Virus record (IMG/VR): IMGVR_UViG_3300025678_000005
Source: a virus
Lineage: Duplodnaviria > Caudoviricetes
DNA length: 64,000 nucleotides
Reading direction: 5' to 3' (one strand)
Under the pieces are notes generated by a model. The model was not told the DNA's origin, searched no databases, and saw nothing but the letters and a program-made list of their open reading frames with translations. Positions 55,901-64,000 of the stretch are shown piece by piece (positions within the stretch are counted from its first letter, which is position 1; every line of letters starts with the position of its first letter). A program made the translations under genes and the position numbers.

Positions 55901-56083
55901 TAAGTCTTGTATATTATCAAAATCTAATAACTTATTTTTTAATTCATTATAAGCAGCTAAATTAGAACTGTCTATATTTTTTTTCAATTCAAAAATTAAA
56001 TCTTCTAAAGAGTTAATTTCATTCTGTGTAGAAAACAATTCTACTTGCTTTCCTTCTAGATTAACCGTATACTTGCAATCCAT
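52991..56083 (-). CDS. Giant virion/cargo protein with zincin motif, 1030 aa with TGA=Trp
   Basis: Four in-frame fragments; HELLH. Confidence 0.82.
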
Positions 56084-59000
56084 TATTTACATTCTTTACT
56101 AATTACTAATTTTTTATTTTTAATTTGCTGAACAATTTCATCAGCTAAATTTTGTGATTGTTTATTAACTGTTATTTCATGTGAAACTTCATAAGGAAAA
56201 GTATAATATCTATTCATTTGTAATGTTTCATTTTCAGTTACATTTAATTTTTTTGGTTTATTTTTATCATAAATATCAACATCACCAAAAACATATAATA
56301 GAAATCCTTTTAAATTATTATTATTTTCAGATAAATCTTTTACTAAAATATCAACATCTTCGTGTGTTATAGAAGATTCAAAATTAAGAAATTTTCTTGA
56401 AATAGAATTTGGATCATCAGCATCTTTATAAAATAATTCTGTAGCTCTATTTCCACCAAATCTTCCTTCATTTATAATTAAATTATATGCAGTTAATAAA
56501 TCTATTAACTTAATTCCAGCATTTAATTTAGAATCACCATCTTGTACAGTATTTATATTTAAAATATAATCTGTATTTATATATTCTCCAGAAGCTGGAT
56601 CTCATTCTTTAGAAAATCCCCTACCAATCATCTCACTTATACCTGCCTCGAGATCTTCCAATTCATCATAATTAGATTCATCTAAATAATAAGATATTTT
56701 TTTATTTAAGTTATAATTTAAATATGATGTCTTTACAAATCTCTTTAAAAATCCATTATTAGCGTGTTTTTTCTTTTCAAAAGGTATTATATATTCTTCC
56801 ATTATATATTTAAATTTTGCTAATTCATATGGACTATTTAAAGAAAAATACCTTATTGGAGAATTTTCTAAATCTTTTTTAGTAAAAGTATCTACAGAAA
56901 TTTCATCTTGACTGTCTTTTAATATTCTAATATTATCTATACCCAAATAATTCATTAATGCTATCAAATCAAATTTATAATCCAGAGTATTAAAAAATTT
57001 ATAAATAACTCAATTATCATAATAATCGTTTATTTTATTCAGTATTCCTGAACTGTATGTAACTGGATTATTCTGCACTCCATTAAGTATTATATGTTTG
57101 GTTATTTTATAATATAATTCGTTTTGCGGATAAATATCCAATATTTTTTCAATTATCTTTTTACTGTTATTTATTGAATTAAAATAATGTTTATTTGTTT
57201 TTGAGGTAATAACAGTATCAACAGTATGAAAAGATTTAAACATGCTATTAAAATGCTTTAAAGAAGATAGTACATCTAATATATTAAATGTAGATTTTAT
57301 AAGATTGTAATAATCAATAGCTATTTTTCTATAATTATCATCATTAAAAAATAAATCCAAATCTAATTCTTTTTCTACTATATTAATATTTTTAGCTTTG
57401 TCATATATTTCTTCAATAAGCACTTCATTTAATCAAGGTTTATCTTTCTTAATAGTTTCTAAATCACTTAAATCATTAAAATATTTTCTTTTCAACATTT
57501 TTCTTTGATTGACCAACGAAAATCTTAAATTATTCAATAATTCATAAAGACTTTCTTCATTAGCTTTAGATCCTTGATTAACACTTAAAAAAGAGCCAAG
57601 AGTAATTAATTCTTGAGAGTCCATAAATATATTGAAGAAATTGACAAAGAAATTACTTCTATATTCATTTATAGGAAGAGCTTTTATATTCTTGTCAATA
57701 GAAGCCCTGATCATATTGATTCTGGAAACGGGTCTACCATTTGTAATAAAAATGTTGTTTTCTGTTTTTCTTTTTAATTCCATAGCCTCTGGAGATGTCA
57801 TAAACTTTGTAACTTCATCTGGCGAAACTCCCAACATGAGTAAATAAATATGCATTCCAGCAAATTCAATTCCAGCATTTATTTTTGCTAATAAAAGCTC
57901 TTTTGCATTATCAGTAGCAAGTGTTAAAATGGCCGATATATAAAAAGCTATATCATTATCTAATGGAAATTTTTCCATAGATGATATTATATAATCAATA
58001 TATTCTGAATTACTCATATATTCAGAAAGTATTGTATCTTTAGAAATGCTTTCTAAAGAAGTCCTAATATTTTGTACTAAAATTTCATCTAGTTTGTCTT
58101 GAATGTTTTTATAATTATTTAATCCAGCAATTTTATTAAAGCAATATTCTTTTCCATTAATTACATAATGTTTGAAGAAATATTTACTACTATTTACATC
58201 TATATTATCAACATTCATATAATAGTTTCCAAAATATTTTACAAGTGCAAAATAATTTTTTAATCCTACAGCTGCAATACCAATAACAGCTTTACCTACT
58301 GTGTTTTGTTCTTGTTGCAAGCCCATAGTATATCCATTATAAACATCAAGATTATATGGTGAGTCAGAATAATTCTTTTTTATTTCTCCATAAACTCCAG
58401 ATGTTACTGGTATATTAGATGCAACTTGTGTTGTAGGACTTTCAAGAACACCTATCATTTTGTTTACAATATAGTTTTTAAATCCATTCTCGTTATAATA
58501 AGATTCGTGCCTATTAATAGCTTTTAATAAATAATCATCTTCTGAATATATATATTTATATTCATTTTTATTTAATTCATTTGTAATTGCTATAAATTTA
58601 TCCAGAAAACTGCTATCGTTTATTCCATTACTTTCTAAAAAAGAATTTATATTAAATACATCATTAGAAAAATTTATACCATTGTCATCAGTAATTAAAA
58701 CATCTTTGTATTTTGTTAGATTTTTTTCATTTAATAAAATATATTTTCTGTTTTTTGGAAGTGGAATATTAATTGATTCATCAAATTTAGTTGTATCAAA
58801 ATATGGAGACCATGCTTCAAATTGACCATTTTTAAATGAGTATCCCATTGTGTATACTTTATCAATGTCAAGATCTGATCCCTGTAGAAATAGTTGTCAG
58901 ATAGATACATATATATCATTTGCTGATCCAGGAATAAATCCTACCGTTTCCATAGACATAACTGATTGTAGTGCTTGAGCTGGAATTCTAGCTACAACAG

Positions 59001-62000
59001 ATTTTAAAGATTGCTTAAAACTTTTATATTTTATATTTGCCAGCCTTTTTGAATATTTAAATGTTTCTGTTTTTTGTTTTGTTTTAAGAAATTCTTCATA
59101 TAAATCAATTACATTCTTTTTAGTTATTTGTCCAGTATTATACTTATCTATAATATCCTTTTTAAATTCTTTATAATTTTTTATTTTTTTTCTAAAAAAG
59201 CTTTCTAATTCTTGATTATTTACAGAATTTGCTATTGTTGTTAATAATGTCAAATAATCATCATCCACCAAATCTAATAATTTATCTACGGTATTATATC
59301 CTTTATCCTTTGTATAAATATAATTCAAATTATTATGGCTTTCTAAAAAGCTATCAATACCTTCTTTAATATATAAAATTTCATTGCCTTTAGTATCTAA
59401 GAACACTTTATAGGAAGCTGGTAATTTATACATTTTATGTCCAAAAGAATCTATTCTATAATTACCATCATCACTTATATAAATTTGAATTTCTTCTGCT
59501 ATTGGAGAATACTTTGCAATTTCTGCATCCAAAGAAGTATTATTATTTTCAGCATCTCTTTTTGCAAGTTCCATTACCGTTTTTAAATATAATTTATTTT
59601 TATATTCAATATAATTAAAATCTTCTAAAGAGACATAATAGTCTTCTCCGTTTACACCAACTAAAACTAAATCTGCTGGAACTGGTAATAATGGATGAAG
59701 ATATTTCTTTGGCAATAAAAAGTCTGAGATGTTTATTTTATTTAGATTGGTATCTTTCTTAATTCCAAATGTGTCATATTCACCATAAGATCTAATATTT
59801 TCTGGTGCATAATATTTATAATCTGTAATACTATTAGTATTAATATAATTATTTTCAAATTTTCCTGTAAAATCATCAAAGCCATCTACGGTTTTAAAAA
59901 TAGTATTAAAATAATTATCATTCGTTTCTTGATAAGATATATAGTTCTTATTATATGATAATAACTCAAAAGTTCTTTGTATTCATTTATCAACATATGG
60001 CAAAATATTTACACTCCCTGTAATATTTTGAATATATTTAACAAAATCATTATACATTTTGCTTGTTTTAAAAGTATTATCATTTAAAAGTCTCCATTTG
60101 AATTCTATTGCATCACAATCTCAAATACTCCTTTGAATTCCATTTTCTACGAATGTAACATCAGATGGTTTTAAATCTCTTGGCTGATTATATATCTTAT
60201 TTATAATAATATCAGAATTATTTAAAGATTTTATTAAACCTTTAATTTGAAAATAATCATTTATTTCATTTAATCTAATAGGAGTATTGGCTGGTATTAA
60301 ATTACCGTTTAATGTTATATCTATATTTAATGAAATTACATCCAGGGGTCTTATACTTGAAATATTTATATTTGTAGGCTGTAAACTTGGAAGAGTAGAT
60401 AATACATAATCTATCTTTGCATTATTTATATCATGTAAATTATCTAATGTATTAACTTGTGGTTTTACAGATAATTCATCATATATACGAATTAAATCAG
60501 TATTTAAATATTTATTTCCATCTCTATCTTCATATAACTGTACAAATCCTTGTGAAGGTCTTAACACATAACCAGCTCCTGGAAATTTTCTTCTAACAAA
60601 TTCTGCATTAACCTCAGAAATTAAAAAGCTTATAAATTGTTTATATATTGTTTTATTATCAAACGGTATAATATGCTCAAAATCATTTTCTAATGCATTA
60701 ACAATTGTCCTAGCATTATTAATTTGGGATGAATTATTCAATCTTTTTATAAATAATTTTGTAATAATTTCAAAATCCTTATCACTATTTAATCTAATAT
60801 TAAATTTTTCAAGTCCACGTTCGGTAACTGTAGAAATAGCATCATATACAGCATCTGACAGTTCGGGAACTAGATTCATTTCAGATAATGCTGATATAAC
60901 TTGTGTAATTTCATTTACTTCAGAATCTTCTACTGTATGATAAGGATCTAGCTGTGTTCCAAAAAACGAAGTATCGAATATAAAATAATTTAAGGGTTTA
61001 TCAGAAGAAAACACATCTTTTACTGTATTTATATTTGTGGCACCATATTTTATTGCGCTTTTTGGAACCAGCATTGTAATTAAACTTTCTTTAAGAGTGT
61101 TATTTTTATTATAAATAGCATGTTTACTTACAATTGAGGCCACTAAATTAATAGAAGATTCATCATATTTAATTTGATTGTTTTCCATAGTTGCAGAATA
61201 TTCTCCACCAAATGCTTTCCATAAATCAAATAGATTATTGATTTCTACTTGTTTTTCATCTCCACCTTCAAAATATATAGTATAAATATTATCCTTTAAA
61301 AGTTTTATATTTAAAAATTTTTGCATCTTACCATTGTGTCATAAATATAGATTTGGTACAATAGCTTGTAAATCTATTGGACTATAAGAATCAGAATCGC
61401 CAAGATCTTTAAAACTAAATAGATCAAAATAACCATCTTTTCATAGATACTCACTATTTAATTTTTTCATAATATTATATAGTTCTACATCTTTTCTATT
61501 ACTATTTCTTATATCATTATTACTTATTGCAAATGTTGCAAATTTTAGTAATCCAGAAAAAGATTCACTTATTATTTGGGCAATTGGTTTTTGTGAACTC
61601 TGTAAATTGTATCCTGGTAGTGAAACTTTAAGTAATTCATTAAATATTGGATTTACCAAAGCTCCCCCATTATAAACTTCTATTTTAGTTTGATCACCAG
61701 TATAGTTAAATACTGTAGTTTCTGGATCAGACATAACAGCTATTTTATGTTTTTGTAAAATTCCTTCTGGACTTTTCCCATATATACTCATTGATGCACC
61801 AAAAATGTTCATTCTTTTGGTCATTGTTGTTGTACGTTTATTGTTTTCTCTGGTTAATACAGATTCTATACTATCTCATTTATTATTTACTGGGGTAAAC
61901 AGTTTTTCATATGGATGTATGTATGAATCTTTTGTTGAAATATTTAAGTACTGAGATGTTACAAGATTTTTTGTTCACAAATATGTTTTAACAATATCTG

Positions 62001-64000
62001 TTATATTGTTTTCATCTTTTAAAACTATTTCATCATCATTAGTTATTTTTATATTAGGAAAAGCATTTGTTATTGATGCTATTTTTTCTTTTTTGTCTTT
62101 CTTTTGAAAAACAATATAATTTAAAGAAATTTTTTCTGGAATATATTTAAATAATTCTTTTTCTTGATATTCAACTCATTTATCAAATAACTTCTTATCA
62201 TTAAATATTTGTACATACGATTTCAAAAGTTGATTAAATTTAATAACATCTTTTCCGTTTTCATTTTTATAAAAAGAATAATGAGTTTCTTCAGAAATTT
62301 CTACATGTTCAGAAGAATGTATTTTATCTGATATTGCTTCTAAAATTTCTTCTTTAGAATTAAGCTTATTAAATTGTTCCAGATATTCTTCAATTTTATT
62401 TATCTTAGAAATGGATGTTTTTGGTTTAGTTTTAAAGAAATCATTATCTAATATATAAAAATCATTATATATATTAGATATTAATGTATTATAATAATCT
62501 GATTGATAAACCCTCATCACTTCTTTCAATTCTTCTAAAGAAATGCTATTTAAAGAACGTAATCCAAATGGAGTATTTATATTTTTTGCTGTATTGAAAA
62601 CAGTACCATATATAGTAGACTTATCTGAATAAGTTACTGGAATATTGATAAATTCGTTGTCCTTTAATCTGGCTTCCAAAAAATATTTTGTAAAAGACAA
62701 CATGAATATCTCATTTGCATTTAAATCACGTAAATCTTTTGAACCATATTTACCAATAACCTCTAATAGTACTTCATTTCTTTTATAAAATCCAGGATTT
62801 TTTGAGAATATATTATCAGTTTTATCAATAATATTATTAAATAAAGAAGACATATTTGCAACAACCATAGTTGGAACAGACTCTCCAGTAGATTTTTTTA
62901 CCTGTGTGACTGTATCAAATTTTATATCTCTCTTAGATATTTTAAACAAGTCTCTTAGATGTAAAATATCATCTACATCATTAGCAAAATATGTTGCCAC
63001 TCTGGTTGGAATATTATCTGTAGATTGATATTTTATATTGCTTGTTAAATATTTAATAGCATTTTTAAAATTATTACTATTAAAATCTACATTTTTTGAT
63101 TCAAGTATTTTTCTATATTCTTCTATCGTTGTTTGTGATAAAGAAAGACCTCCTTTATTCTGATCTGTTAACAATTTAATAAAATCATCAAAATTATTAA
63201 CAGTATAATTTGAATTTATAATGTTATTTGTTTGTGCATTATCAAGATTTACAAATAAATTCTCTACTTCCTTAGATATGGTGAAATCCAAATCTAAAAC
63301 GTCCACAGTTTTGCTATCATCATAAACAGATGCTTGATGATAAACATTCTTTACAGTATTTCTTAAATGATTAATTAAAGCCAATTCGGGATTTAAAATA
63401 AAATCTCCAGTTTCTTTGTTTGCATCTCTTCAAGCAAGAATAGAATTTCTTAATCCTTTAGGAGCATATAAAAATTGATATATACTTTCCAATACACTTT
63501 TTCTTGCCAATATGTTATTGCTTTTTTCTACTCCTTGGTCTATAACCGTTCTTAATATTTTTTTAAAAGAAAGTACATCTTTATCATATAAATCATATAA
63601 TTCTGAAATAGTATGTAATTCATTATTACCATTTATTTCAATATTAAATTTAATATCATTATTTAATTCATTTAAAATAGTTCCAGCGGCATCTAAATTA
63701 TTTTTACCAATAGACAATCCATACTCATTTTTTACTCAAATTGTACCTTTTGAAGTTTTTCTTTGTTCATAAAATGGTATAGTATAAGCAATTAATTTTA
63801 TTAAAGAAGTTCTGTTTTCTTCAACACTATTTGCATTTTCATTATCCAATAAACTTTTCTTACCTCATCTTATATTAAGTGAATATTTTGGTAAACCATT
63901 TGTAGGAAGATTAAATGTTCCAGAACTATTTATATTTACTTTTACTTTATCCGAATGATTATTAAGTAAAAAACTGTCAAAATTGGTTAAAAGTAATGAT
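56083..64000 (-). CDS. Virion DNA-dependent RNA polymerase, partial (>2600 aa, TGA=Trp)
   Basis: Eight in-frame fragments; RIPAQ and QGSDLDIDK (DxDxD at 58861-58875). Confidence 0.88.

Noticed and set aside
48130-63717. Many short minus-strand ORFs read as separate genes or pseudogenes
   Set aside because: They share reading frames and are broken by TGA; recoding explains them
1-64000. CRISPR array, integron integrase, reverse transcriptase
   Set aside because: No regularly spaced direct repeats and no tyrosine-recombinase or RT motifs recognised

Overview
AT-rich segment of a crAss-like (Crassvirales-type) phage genome, probably infecting Bacteroidota (TAnnTTTG promoters, A-rich starts). 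1-~22 kb: dense + strand early/accessory genes with tandem paralogs, decayed copies, a DNA methylase, ClpP and ferritin. ~22-47.4 kb: + strand replication and nucleotide genes (PolA, SF2 and DnaB helicases, primase, nucleases, a ligase homologue with eroded catalytic motifs, dNMP kinase, radical SAM, ThyX). After a terminator at ~47.44 kb the genes read through TGA as Trp: a tail-lysozyme gene and three giant minus-strand virion proteins, including the RNA polymerase with GSDLDIDK. Features the ORF track misses: two ORF-less group I introns splitting catalytic motifs; a TnpB-only IS200/IS605 element; three integrase-less arrays of attC-like cassettes whose genes run antisense to attC (one inserted precisely into a phage gene); two tRNA-like RNAs without a normal anticodon arm (one resembles an isolated tmRNA tRNA-like domain); a repeated loop-E hairpin upstream of early genes; and two FETNSSSTHS-motif genes next to a radical SAM enzyme. 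All calls come from manual reading; no database searches were run.
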